The notes under the pieces were generated by a model. It ran no database searches, was not told where the DNA came from, and saw only the letters and a list, made by a program, of their open reading frames with translations. From Rhizobium sp. Q54 (GTDB taxonomy: Bacteria; Pseudomonadota; Alphaproteobacteria; UBA828), in the NCBI GenBank assembly GCA_945892755.1, contig CAMDDO010000006.1, positions 7,094 to 71,093 of the forward strand: a DNA stretch of 64,000 nt. Reading direction: 5' to 3'. Positions 41,880 to 59,487 of this stretch are shown here, piece by piece (position 1 is the stretch's first letter; each line of letters begins with the position of its first letter). Both the position numbers and the translations under genes were made by a program.

Positions 41880-41931
41880 TGTGCGCTCCAGGGGCAATTG
41901 GTACAAGCCCCTGGAGCGCACAGGTTTTTCT
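41880..41931 (+). terminator. Rho-independent terminator downstream of ftsZ
   Basis: Perfect 16-bp stem TGTGCGCTCCAGGGGC (41880-95) / GCCCCTGGAGCGCACA (41907-22), 11-nt loop, followed by GGTTTTTCTGG. Confidence 0.8.
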
Positions 41932-42036
41932 GGTTAACGGGGTCGCTTTGCGCTCGAGGCGCCTCCCTCTCGGTGCGGCCCAGCCGGATTTTCGCCCCTC
42001 AAGGCGGAGCACGCTCCCAAGGACAAGTCGAACGAC

Positions 42037-42957
42037 ATGCTCTGGCAGCGCACGCTGAAATCGTCGATTCAATGCACCGGCGTCGGGGTCCACACCAATC
42101 AGCGTGTGGCCATGACGCTCAAGCCCGCCGCACCGAATACGGGGATCGTGTTTCGGCGCATCGATCTAGGCGCGCGCGCGCCGGAGATCAAGGCGGTCCA
42201 CGCCAATGTGGTCGATTCGCGACTCTGCACCGTGATCGGCGCGGGCCCACGGGCCCGTATCGGCACGATCGAGCATTTGATGGCGGCGTTCGCGGGCCTC
42301 GGCATCGATAACGCGATCATCGACATCGATGGCGACGAAGTGCCGGTGATGGACGGTAGCGCCGCGCCCTTTGTGTTCCTGGTTGAGTGCGCAGGCATCA
42401 TGGCCCAGGCGGCACCCCGGCGCGCCATCAAGGTTTTGAAACCGGTGGTGATCGCAGACGGTGACCGGCGCGTATCGGTGCGGCCAGCCGCCGAGTTCTC
42501 GCTCGATTGCCGGATCGCCTATGCCCATCCCATGCTGGGTGAGCAGCGCGTGGTTTTCCATCCTAATCCGGGCGCCTTCAGGGCCGAGCTTGCCCGCGCG
42601 CGGACGTTTTGCCTTGAGGAAGACGTGGCCCGCATGCGCGCCGCGGGCCTCGCCAAGGGCGGCAGCCTCGACAACGCCGTGGTGATCGGCAAGAACCGCG
42701 TGCTCAACGACGGCGGGTTCCGCTACAAGGATGAGTGCGTCCGCCACAAGGCGCTCGATTGCCTGGGCGATCTCTATTTGGCCGGCGCGCCCATTCTTGG
42801 CGCGATCGAAAGCGAGCGGGCCGGCCATGCGCTCAACCATCGTTTGCTCGCGGCGCTGCTTGGCGATACGACCGCCTGGTGCGACGTGATCCTCGATGGT
42901 GACTCGCACGGCCCGGTCGAGTTGGAGCTTGAGCGCTCGCGCGCCGCCATCGCCTGA
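42037..42957 (+). CDS. lpxC: UDP-3-O-acyl-N-acetylglucosamine deacetylase
   Basis: LpxC N-terminus MLWQRTLKSSIQCTGVGVHTNQRV and conserved core. AAGGA upstream. Confidence 0.9.
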   Translation: MLWQRTLKSSIQCTGVGVHTNQRVAMTLKPAAPNTGIVFRRIDLGARAPEIKAVHANVVDSRLCTVIGAGPRARIGTIEHLMAAFAGLGIDNAIIDIDGDEVPVMDGSAAPFVFLVECAGIMAQAAPRRAIKVLKPVVIADGDRRVSVRPAAEFSLDCRIAYAHPMLGEQRVVFHPNPGAFRAELARARTFCLEEDVARMRAAGLAKGGSLDNAVVIGKNRVLNDGGFRYKDECVRHKALDCLGDLYLAGAPILGAIESERAGHALNHRLLAALLGDTTAWCDVILDGDSHGPVELELERSRAAIA

Positions 42958-43009
42958 GCTTCATTCGCGGCCTGGTCATGCTATAGTCAGCCGTCCTGGG
43001 CGAGGCTGA

Positions 43010-43879
43010 TTGGTGCGCATCTTCCTGCTTTCTCATTTGAAACGGCGTCTCGCGCGGTTCGACCGCGTTGCGCGCCCCTGGCGCGCGCTGGTCGTTGCGT
43101 TCGCGCTCGCGTTGACGGTCGCGGCTTGCGAATCGGACGGCGAAGACGCTTATGTCGAGCAACCGGTCGAGGAGCTCTACACATCCGCCCATGACGCCAT
43201 GCTTGACGGCGAGTTCACAACCGCCGCCAAGGGCTTCGACGAGGTCGAACGGCAACACCCCTATTCGACCTGGGCGACGCGCGCGCAGATCATGGCCGCA
43301 TTTTGCTATTATCAGGACAACGACTATGACCAGGCGATCATCGCCGCGCTGCGCTTTGCCGAGCTGCACCCCGGTCACCCGGATGCGCCCTATGCCTATT
43401 ATTTGATCGCGGTCTCCTATTACGAACAGATCTCCGACATCGGACGCGACCAAAACGCCACCCTGCTGGCCCTCGAATCCCTTGAGGAAGTAACGCGGCG
43501 CTATCCGAGCACGCCCTACGCCAAGGACGCCAAGCTCAAGCTCGATTTGGCGCGTGACCATTTGGCCGGTAAGGACATGGAGGTCGGCCGCTTCTATCTG
43601 AAGCGCGGCGAGTATATTGCGGCGATCGGCCGCTTCCGCCGCGTCATCGAGCGCTATCAGACGACCAGTCACGCGCCCGAGGCACTCCATCGCCTTGCCG
43701 AAGCCTATGTCTCGGTCGGCTTGCGCCAGGAGGCGCAGACCGCGGCCGCGGTGCTCGGCCACAATTTCCCAAACAGTGCGTGGTATCGCGACAGCTATGC
43801 GCTCCTTGAAGGCGTCGATTTGAGCCCCGAGGGCGACAAGGAGTCCTGGATCTCGCGCGCGTTCAATTCCGTGTTCTGA
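43010..43879 (+). CDS. bamD: Outer membrane protein assembly factor BamD (ComL lipoprotein, TPR-like)
   Basis: TTG (or GTG at 43013) start. Lipoprotein signal …ALALTVAAC. TPR-like helical repeats typical of BamD. Confidence 0.8.
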   Translation: MVRIFLLSHLKRRLARFDRVARPWRALVVAFALALTVAACESDGEDAYVEQPVEELYTSAHDAMLDGEFTTAAKGFDEVERQHPYSTWATRAQIMAAFCYYQDNDYDQAIIAALRFAELHPGHPDAPYAYYLIAVSYYEQISDIGRDQNATLLALESLEEVTRRYPSTPYAKDAKLKLDLARDHLAGKDMEVGRFYLKRGEYIAAIGRFRRVIERYQTTSHAPEALHRLAEAYVSVGLRQEAQTAAAVLGHNFPNSAWYRDSYALLEGVDLSPEGDKESWISRAFNSVF

Positions 43880-43889
43880 CCGGCCGCGC

Positions 43890-47647
<3,758 letters not shown>

Positions 47648-47659
47648 GCCGAGGCGTGC

Positions 47660-47992
47660 TCAGCCCTTGATCACGTAAAGCAGCGCGATGATGGCGGCGA
47701 AGCCGGAGGCCGTGCCGAGGAAGAGATTGCGGCGCGTCGCATAAAACACCGCGAGCGTGATCGCGACCGCGACCAGCCGCGCCCAGAGCGGCGTCTCGGC
47801 CAAATTGCCCGACGGAAAAAACACCATGCGCGAAATCAACGCCGCGAGCATGGCGTAGGCGACGCAGCGAATCCAATCGAACAAGGGGCCGTGCACATTG
47901 AGCCGGCCCGAGGCAACCACGCCGAGCGCGCGCATGAGATAGGTCACGAGCGCGGCGCCCGCCATCATGGCCCACGGGTTGAGGTCAGCCAC
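47660..47992 (-). CDS. azlD: Branched-chain amino acid exporter small subunit AzlD-like
   Basis: 110-aa hydrophobic protein of the AzlD family. 8-nt overlap with upstream azlC. Confidence 0.65.
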   Translation of the reverse strand: MADLNPWAMMAGAALVTYLMRALGVVASGRLNVHGPLFDWIRCVAYAMLAALISRMVFFPSGNLAETPLWARLVAVAITLAVFYATRRNLFLGTASGFAAIIALLYVIKG

Positions 47993-48737
47993 GGCGCGCG
48001 CCTTTCAGGCCACGATCGACCATGAAACCGACGGTGCCGCAAAGAAGCCCCGCGCCAAGGAGACCCCAATCGGGCGAGAGGCGCATCAGAAGCGGCCCGC
48101 CAATCGCGCCGAGCAGAACCGATAGAAAGGCCGAGCGCCCAGGCACATCGAGAAACAAGAGCAGAAAATAAATCGGATTCAGGAACACCAGCGCCTGAGT
48201 CACGGTCTTCGACACAACGCCCGCCAACACATAACCCAGCGCCGTGCCGACGAAACCCATAATCAGGCACGCACCGGCAAAGCCCAAGAAATAGGCCCGG
48301 CGCCGCGTCGGATCGAGGTCGGGCGAGCGGCGGATCACGAATATCCAGGAATTCGCGGTGACGAAATGCGCGAGCCAGAATTCGGCGAAGCGGTTCCTCA
48401 CGCCCGGCCGGATATAGGGCATGAAGATCGCGACCATCGGCAGGAAGCGCGCATTCGCCAGCGCGACCGCGAGCAGAATCGCGAAGGCCGGGCTGCCGGC
48501 GGTTAGAGTTTCGACATAGGCGATTTGGCCGGGCAGCGCCCACACGGAAGCGGTGGTCGCCAGAGCCTTCCAAAGCGAAAAGCCGATCTCGTGACAGAGC
48601 GAGCCAAAGCCGATCATGCTGACCATCAGCATGAGCGCGGGCAACCCAACCGCCTCGATAAAGCCGAGCCGAAACGCGGCGCGGTCATTCTTGAGCGCGG
48701 CGGCCTGGCCGAAGATCGGGAGTCCGAAACGGAACAT
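47985..48737 (-). CDS. azlC: Branched-chain amino acid exporter AzlC-like
   Basis: AzlC-family multi-TM protein. Start set at MFRFGLPIF (ATG ending 48737); the ORF could extend to 48812. Confidence 0.6.
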   Translation of the reverse strand: MFRFGLPIFGQAAALKNDRAAFRLGFIEAVGLPALMLMVSMIGFGSLCHEIGFSLWKALATTASVWALPGQIAYVETLTAGSPAFAILLAVALANARFLPMVAIFMPYIRPGVRNRFAEFWLAHFVTANSWIFVIRRSPDLDPTRRRAYFLGFAGACLIMGFVGTALGYVLAGVVSKTVTQALVFLNPIYFLLLFLDVPGRSAFLSVLLGAIGGPLLMRLSPDWGLLGAGLLCGTVGFMVDRGLKGARRG

Positions 48738-48815
48738 GGCGGCTATTTGTCTGTATGGACGCGCCGCCCCAATCGATGCCCGCCCAAGAAGACGACGGCC
48801 AAGCGCCGCCAATGT

Positions 48816-50840
<2,025 letters not shown>

Positions 50841-51007
50841 CAAACAGGTGCTCCTCGGCCGAAGCCAGAGACAACCGACATCAAAACGATTCGATCAAGG
50901 CCGCGTCCCGGTGTCCCCACACGGCGCTGCGCCGCCAGTGCAACACAGCCGTCTCGCAATAGGATACGGCCGACCGGCACGCCAATCAGCGCTTCCGGCT
51001 CGAGCCT

Positions 51008-51048
51008 GACCCTTGAAATGGCGCCTAAACCTCCGCCATTCAAGGGTC
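51008..51048 (-). other. Stable hairpin in dnaG-rpoD intergenic/rpoD leader region
   Basis: GACCCTTGAAATGGCG / CGCCATTCAAGGGTC forms a ~15-bp stem with a one-base bulge and a 10-nt loop. No U-tract follows on either strand. Confidence 0.5.
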
Positions 51049-51179
51049 TTCTCACGCGCCTGACAATCCGGCGGTTTCTAATGATGTGACGGAACGGAGT
51101 CAAGCGTTCGACCGGGAAACGACAAGACCGTTGCCCTTTGGCCACGGGTTGGGTGGAAAAAGAGCCCTCGCGGCCGCCC

Positions 51180-53039
51180 TCAAGGGCGCCGTCGGATAGG
51201 CGGAATGCGGTATCCAGACACCGCGTCCTCGAGTCCCGGGGCCTCCTCGATGGCGTGTAGCACGCCGACCAGGCGGTTCATGTTTTCCTCCGAAAGATCC
51301 TGGCCGAGCGCCCGCTCGGCGTCATGCCGGACGCGCTCGAGATCGGTCACCCGATGGTGCAAATCGAGCGCTTGGCGCAGCTGCACGCGCGCCGTGTCGA
51401 GATCGCCGGCGCCATGCGGCGAGGCGGCCCAATCGAGATAGCGCGCACCGTCGCCGAACAGGTCTTCCGCCACCGAGTCGAGTCCGCGCTCGCCAAGCGC
51501 CGCAAGCAAGGCCGTCCGATCCTGGCAAAGCTCGTGCGTCAAGCCAACCAACGCGTCGCGAAACGACTGGTAGCGCAATGTCTTCAGCTCGAGCAGCGCG
51601 ATCTCATCGCCGAACTCGGTCAACAGGTCGGGGTAATTGAGTAAGGTCTGCAGGATCGTGCGCTCGCGCTGGCGCGCGGCATCGGCGGTCGCGGGCGGCG
51701 GCGCCTTGGGCTCGCGCGCCCGATCGGCACGCGCCGCCGACTTTGCGCCGCCTGGACCCTTGATGCGACGCGCGGCGAAGGCGCTATCGTTCAATTGCTG
51801 GCGGAAATGGCGCTGATAATGGAAACGGAGATCGCGATCGGGAATCTGCTCGACCAGCGCATCGAGCCGCCGGCCGACCTCGGCGCGCGCCTCGGGCGTA
51901 TCGAGCGCGAGCTCGCCGGCCGCGAGCTTCCAAAGCGCGGTCGAGAACGGCACGGCCGCGTCGAGCACGCGCTCGATCGCGCCGCGTCCGTCCTTGCCAA
52001 CCAACGAATCGGGGTCGTCGCCTTGCGGTAGCGTCGCGAAGCGGAGCGAAAAGCCGGCCTTGAGGCGTGGCAGCGCACGCTCGACCACGCGTGAGGCGGC
52101 ACGCTGGCCGGCGGCATCGCCATCGAAACAAAGGGTCGGCTGCGCCGCATAGCGCCAGAGCAATTCCAATTGCATCTCGGTCAGCGCGGTGCCGAGCGGC
52201 GCGACGGTTTCGGCGAGTCCGGCCTGGCTCAGCGCGATCACGTCCATATAGCCTTCGACCACGATCAGGCGATTCACTTTCCGCGCGGCGCCGCCGGCGA
52301 GATCGAGCCCGTAGAGCATCGCCCCTTTGTGAAACAGCTCGGTCTCGGGCGAATTGAGGTATTTGGGCTCACCGGGCCCGAGGATGCGCCCGCCGAAGGC
52401 AACCACGCGGCCACGCGCGTCGCGGATCGGGAACATGATCCGGCCGCGGAAGCGATCATAGCGTTCGCCGCCGCCTTCGGGCTCGATGACCAAGCCCGCC
52501 GCCATCATCATCGCTTCGTCGATGCCTTGGCTGGCCAGCGCGCTCTTCAACGCGCCGCGCGAAGCGGGTGCATAGCCCAAACGAAACCGCGAGATGGTTT
52601 CGCCCGTCAGGGCGCGACCGTTCAAATATTCGCGCGCCGCGCGACCCGCTTCACTTTTCAGCGTGGCCTCGAAGAATACCGCCGCCGCTTCCATCACCCC
52701 GCCGAGCGTGACCGCTTGCTGGTGGCGTTCGCGCTCCGCCGGCGTCTCGCGCGGCAATTCGAGCCCCGCTTCGGCGGCCAGGCGTTCGACCGCCTCAGGG
52801 AAACTCAAACCTTCCGCGCGCATGACGAAGCCGATCACGTCGCCATGCGCGCCGCAGCCAAAGCAATGGAAGAAGCCCTTCTGGTCGCTGACCGTGAAGG
52901 ATGGGGTCTTCTCATTGTGGAACGGGCAAAGCCCGGTCAGCTCCCGGCCGCGCCGGAGCAGACGCACGCGTCGCCCGACCACGGCCTCGAGCGAGGCACG
53001 GGCGCGGATCTCATCCAAGAAGCGCGGCGAGAATTTCAT
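51180..53039 (-). CDS. dnaG: DNA primase DnaG
   Basis: N-terminal Zn-ribbon (CPFHNEKTPSF…FHCFGCGAHGD), TOPRIM domain (…VVEGYMDVIAL…) and C-terminal helicase-interaction domain. Upstream of rpoD on the same strand. Confidence 0.9.
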   Translation of the reverse strand: MKFSPRFLDEIRARASLEAVVGRRVRLLRRGRELTGLCPFHNEKTPSFTVSDQKGFFHCFGCGAHGDVIGFVMRAEGLSFPEAVERLAAEAGLELPRETPAERERHQQAVTLGGVMEAAAVFFEATLKSEAGRAAREYLNGRALTGETISRFRLGYAPASRGALKSALASQGIDEAMMMAAGLVIEPEGGGERYDRFRGRIMFPIRDARGRVVAFGGRILGPGEPKYLNSPETELFHKGAMLYGLDLAGGAARKVNRLIVVEGYMDVIALSQAGLAETVAPLGTALTEMQLELLWRYAAQPTLCFDGDAAGQRAASRVVERALPRLKAGFSLRFATLPQGDDPDSLVGKDGRGAIERVLDAAVPFSTALWKLAAGELALDTPEARAEVGRRLDALVEQIPDRDLRFHYQRHFRQQLNDSAFAARRIKGPGGAKSAARADRAREPKAPPPATADAARQRERTILQTLLNYPDLLTEFGDEIALLELKTLRYQSFRDALVGLTHELCQDRTALLAALGERGLDSVAEDLFGDGARYLDWAASPHGAGDLDTARVQLRQALDLHHRVTDLERVRHDAERALGQDLSEENMNRLVGVLHAIEEAPGLEDAVSGYRIPPIRRRP

Positions 53040-53204
53040 GGTGCGCCTGGCTGTGCCTTAATGCACCGCGCGGGCAATCTAGCCCATGATCCGCTCAAAT
53101 TGCACCAGCTGCGCCGCTGCAATAGGCTGTCCGGGCGCCATGCATTGCGCCATGGCCGAACCGAGCCACTCCGATTTGACCCGAGCGGAAGGGGGACTCC
53201 ATCG

Positions 53205-53762
53205 ATGGCGACTTCGCTGGTCATGACCTTCGTTGGGCCCGACAAGCCCGGTCTGGTCGAGCTGATATCGCGGACAGTCGCCGAGCACGGCGGCAATTGG
53301 CTCGACAGCCGCCTGTGCTCGCTCTCGGGGCAATTCGCCGGGATCGTTCTGGCGCGCGTACCCGACGCAAATGCCGCGGCGCTGCGACTCGCCCTGACCG
53401 AGCTTCAAGCGGCCGGCCTCAAGGTGCTGGTCGAGACAGCCTCCGGCGCAGAGCCACCCGTCAAAGCGCGCATGCTCAGGCTCGAGCTGATCGGGCAGGA
53501 TCGGCCGGGCATCGTGCGCGATGTCTCTCGAGTGTTCAAAGAGCACGCGGCCAATATCGAAGAGCTCCACACCGCGACGGTCAGCGGCGCGATGTCGGGC
53601 GAGACGATGTTCAAGGCGAGCGCCGATATTCGCCTTGCGCCGGAAACGACGCTAGAACAGCTGCGTCGTGCCCTGGAGGCGTTGGCGAACGATATGATGG
53701 TCGATATCGCGCTGCAGGAGGTGGATCGCCCGGCAGCCTCGGACGCGAAACGGCCGCGCTGA
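53205..53762 (+). CDS. ACT-domain regulatory protein, GcvR-like (two tandem ACT domains)
   Basis: 185 aa. AAGGGGGAC upstream of the ATG at 53205. Two ACT-like halves (LVMTFVGPDKPGLV… and LELIGQDRPGIVRDV…). Confidence 0.55.
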   Translation: MATSLVMTFVGPDKPGLVELISRTVAEHGGNWLDSRLCSLSGQFAGIVLARVPDANAAALRLALTELQAAGLKVLVETASGAEPPVKARMLRLELIGQDRPGIVRDVSRVFKEHAANIEELHTATVSGAMSGETMFKASADIRLAPETTLEQLRRALEALANDMMVDIALQEVDRPAASDAKRPR

Positions 53763-53794
53763 ATAGCGCGGGCGCGGCTTGGCGCCGCTCGCCC

Positions 53795-54256
53795 TCATCC
53801 ACCCGTGAGCATCTGCTTGACGATCGCGCTGGCCTTGGAGAAATCCATTCGGCCGGCATATTTCGCCTTGAGCGCCTGGATGGTCTTGCCCATGTCCTTG
53901 ATCGTCTTCGCGCCAAGCTCGGCGACGATTTCCTTGATTGCCGCTTCGGTCGCCCCGTCGCCCAGCTGCTCGGGCAGGAAACGCTCGATCACCGCGATTT
54001 CCTCGGCCTCCTGCTGCGCCAAGTCGACCCGCCCGCCGGCTTCAAAGGTCTGGATGCTCTCGCGGCGCTGGCGGATCATGGTTTTCAAAAGCTCAAGAAT
54101 ATCGGGGTCGCTCAGGCCCTCCATATTGCCGCTCGAACGCACCGCGATGTCGCGATCCTTGAGCGCCGCGAGGATCAGCCGAATCGTGCTGACCGCGCGG
54201 GCTTCGCGCGCTTTCATCGCCGTCTTTAGCGCGTCGTTCAACTCTAGCCGAAGCAT
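53795..54256 (-). CDS. GatB/YqeY domain-containing protein
   Basis: 153 aa with the YqeY-like pattern (…ALKTAMKAR…IRLILAALKDRDI…EIVAELGAK…MGKTIQALK…). Confidence 0.75.
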   Translation of the reverse strand: MLRLELNDALKTAMKAREARAVSTIRLILAALKDRDIAVRSSGNMEGLSDPDILELLKTMIRQRRESIQTFEAGGRVDLAQQEAEEIAVIERFLPEQLGDGATEAAIKEIVAELGAKTIKDMGKTIQALKAKYAGRMDFSKASAIVKQMLTGG

Positions 54257-54380
54257 AACTTGGATACCCCTGGTCCGATGGGCGCCGCACTATAGGCCGA
54301 TTGGGCGGCGGTTCAACCTCGCCTCGGCTCTGCTGGGCTAAACTATTGATAGTAATGGATAGAGCGCGCCGCTGGGCGGC

Positions 54381-54409
54381 TTGACGACCGTGGTTAATCT
54401 GCGTAGGTT
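54381..54409 (+). promoter_or_regulatory. Candidate sigma-70-type promoter for carA
   Basis: TTGACG (54381-86), 17-bp spacer, TAGGTT (54404-09), about 70 nt upstream of the carA ATG. Sequence resemblance only. Confidence 0.3.
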
Positions 54410-54479
54410 CCGCGCGCTTTCGCCGATTGCGCCGCCGCCCGCGCGAGCGAGTCGCGCCCCACGCTTTAGGGCCAATTCC

Positions 54480-55644
54480 ATGTCGGCAGTCGCCCCGGAT
54501 GATGTCGCCTCCGCCGGCACGGCCAATGCTGCGCTCGCGCTGGAAGATGGCACGCTGCTTTACGGCCGCGGCATCGGACGCGCCGGCATGGTCGAGGGCG
54601 AGCTTTGCTTCAACACCTCGATCACCGGCTATCAGGAAATCCTGACCGACCCTTCCTATGCTGGCCAGATCATTACCTTCACCTTCCCGCACATCGGCAA
54701 TGTCGGCACCAATGAGGAAGACATCGAGGCGATGACCGCGCGAGCACGCGGGTTGGTGCTGCGCGCCTCGATCACCGAACCGTCCAATTGGCGCGCCACG
54801 GCGCATCTCGATCATTGGTTGAAGCGCATGGGGCTGGTCGGCATCGCGGGCGTCGATACGCGCCGGCTGACGCGCCTGTTGCGCACCAAGGGCGCGCAAA
54901 ACGTCGCGCTCTGCCATGCCCCAAACGGGCGGATCGACGCACCGGCGCTGCTCGCCAAGGCGCGCGCCTGGCCCGGCCTTGAGGGTATGGACCTCGCCAA
55001 GGAAGTGAGTTGCACCCAGAGCTATGAATGGCGCGAGGCGGCTTGGACTTTGGGCAAAGGCTACGCGGTCCAAGATCAAGCGCGTTTTCACGTCGTCGCG
55101 GTCGATTACGGCGCGAAGCGCAACATTCTGCGCTCGCTCGCGGCCGCCGGCTGCCGCGTCACCGTGGTGCCGGCGGGCGCCAGCGCGGCCGATATTCTGG
55201 GCCATAAGCCAGACGGCGTCTTTCTCTCGAACGGCCCGGCCGATCCGGCGGCGACCGGCGTTTACGCCATCCCCGTGTTGCGCGCGCTGATCGCGAGCGG
55301 CACGCCGATCTTTGGTATTTGTTTGGGCCATCAATTGCTCGGGCTCACGCTCGGCGCCGTCACGCGCAAGATGTTGTTCGGCCATCGCGGCGCCAATCAC
55401 CCAGTCAAGGAATTGGCCACCGGCCGCGTCGAAGTGACCAGCCAGAATCACGGCTTCGAAGTACGCGCGGACAGCCTGCCGAGTGGGGTTCGCGCGACTC
55501 ATGTCTCGCTCTTCGATGGCTCGCTTGAAGGGCTTAGCGTCGAGGGCAAGCCGGTTTTCTCGGTGCAATATCACCCCGAAGCCTCGCCCGGGCCGCAAGA
55601 CGCGCAGCATTTGTTCCAGCGCTTCGTCGCGATGATGACCGCGC

Positions 55645-55652
<8 letters not shown>
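54480..55652 (+). CDS. carA: Carbamoyl-phosphate synthase small (glutaminase) subunit
   Basis: [16 protein letters not shown]…[26 protein letters not shown] and C-terminal GATase catalytic motifs (…GICLGHQ…). Start ATG at 54480; the upstream TTG in the ORF track coincides with the putative -35. Confidence 0.85.
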
Positions 55653-58890
<3,238 letters not shown>

Positions 58891-59004
58891 TACTCCGTTC
58901 GGGTCCGTCCGATCCATCCGACAGGCCAAACGCAATCGCCGGGCAAGCTCGGCGGCGGAGCGCCTTTGGGTATCGGGGAGGGATTGGAGATTTGGGAGTG
59001 CGCC

Positions 59005-59478
59005 ATGGAAAAGCACCCGATGACGCCGCAGGGCTATGACCGACTGCGCGACGAGCTAAGGCGGCTGAAGCAGGAGGAGCGCCCGCGCGTGATCGTCGCT
59101 ATCGCGACGGCGCGCGAGCATGGCGACATTTCCGAGAACGCCGAATACCACGCCGCCAAGGATCAACAGGGCATGATCGAGGCGCGCATCAAGGAGCTCG
59201 AGGCGAAGATCAGCCGCGCCGAGGTGATCGATCCGAAGCGCGTCTCGGGCGATCGCATACAGTTCGGCGCCGAAGTCACGGTGCTCGACGAGGAGACCGA
59301 GAAAGAAGCCACCTATTTGATCGTCGGCGCCGACGAGGGCGATATCCAGGGCGGCCGGCTGTCCTATTCCTCGCCGCTGGCCCGTGCCTTGATGGGCAAG
59401 ACGGTCGGTCAATCGGTCGAGATCAATACGCCGAGCGGCCCGCGCAATTACGAGGTCACCAAGGTCCGTTACGGCTGA
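59005..59478 (+). CDS. greA: Transcription elongation factor GreA
   Basis: GGGAG lies 6 nt upstream of the ATG at 59005. MEKHPMTPQGYDRLRDELRRLK…ISENAEYHAAKDQQ… GreA coiled-coil and FKBP-like domains. Confidence 0.85.
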   Translation: MEKHPMTPQGYDRLRDELRRLKQEERPRVIVAIATAREHGDISENAEYHAAKDQQGMIEARIKELEAKISRAEVIDPKRVSGDRIQFGAEVTVLDEETEKEATYLIVGADEGDIQGGRLSYSSPLARALMGKTVGQSVEINTPSGPRNYEVTKVRYG

Positions 59479-59487
59479 GCCGGGGCC

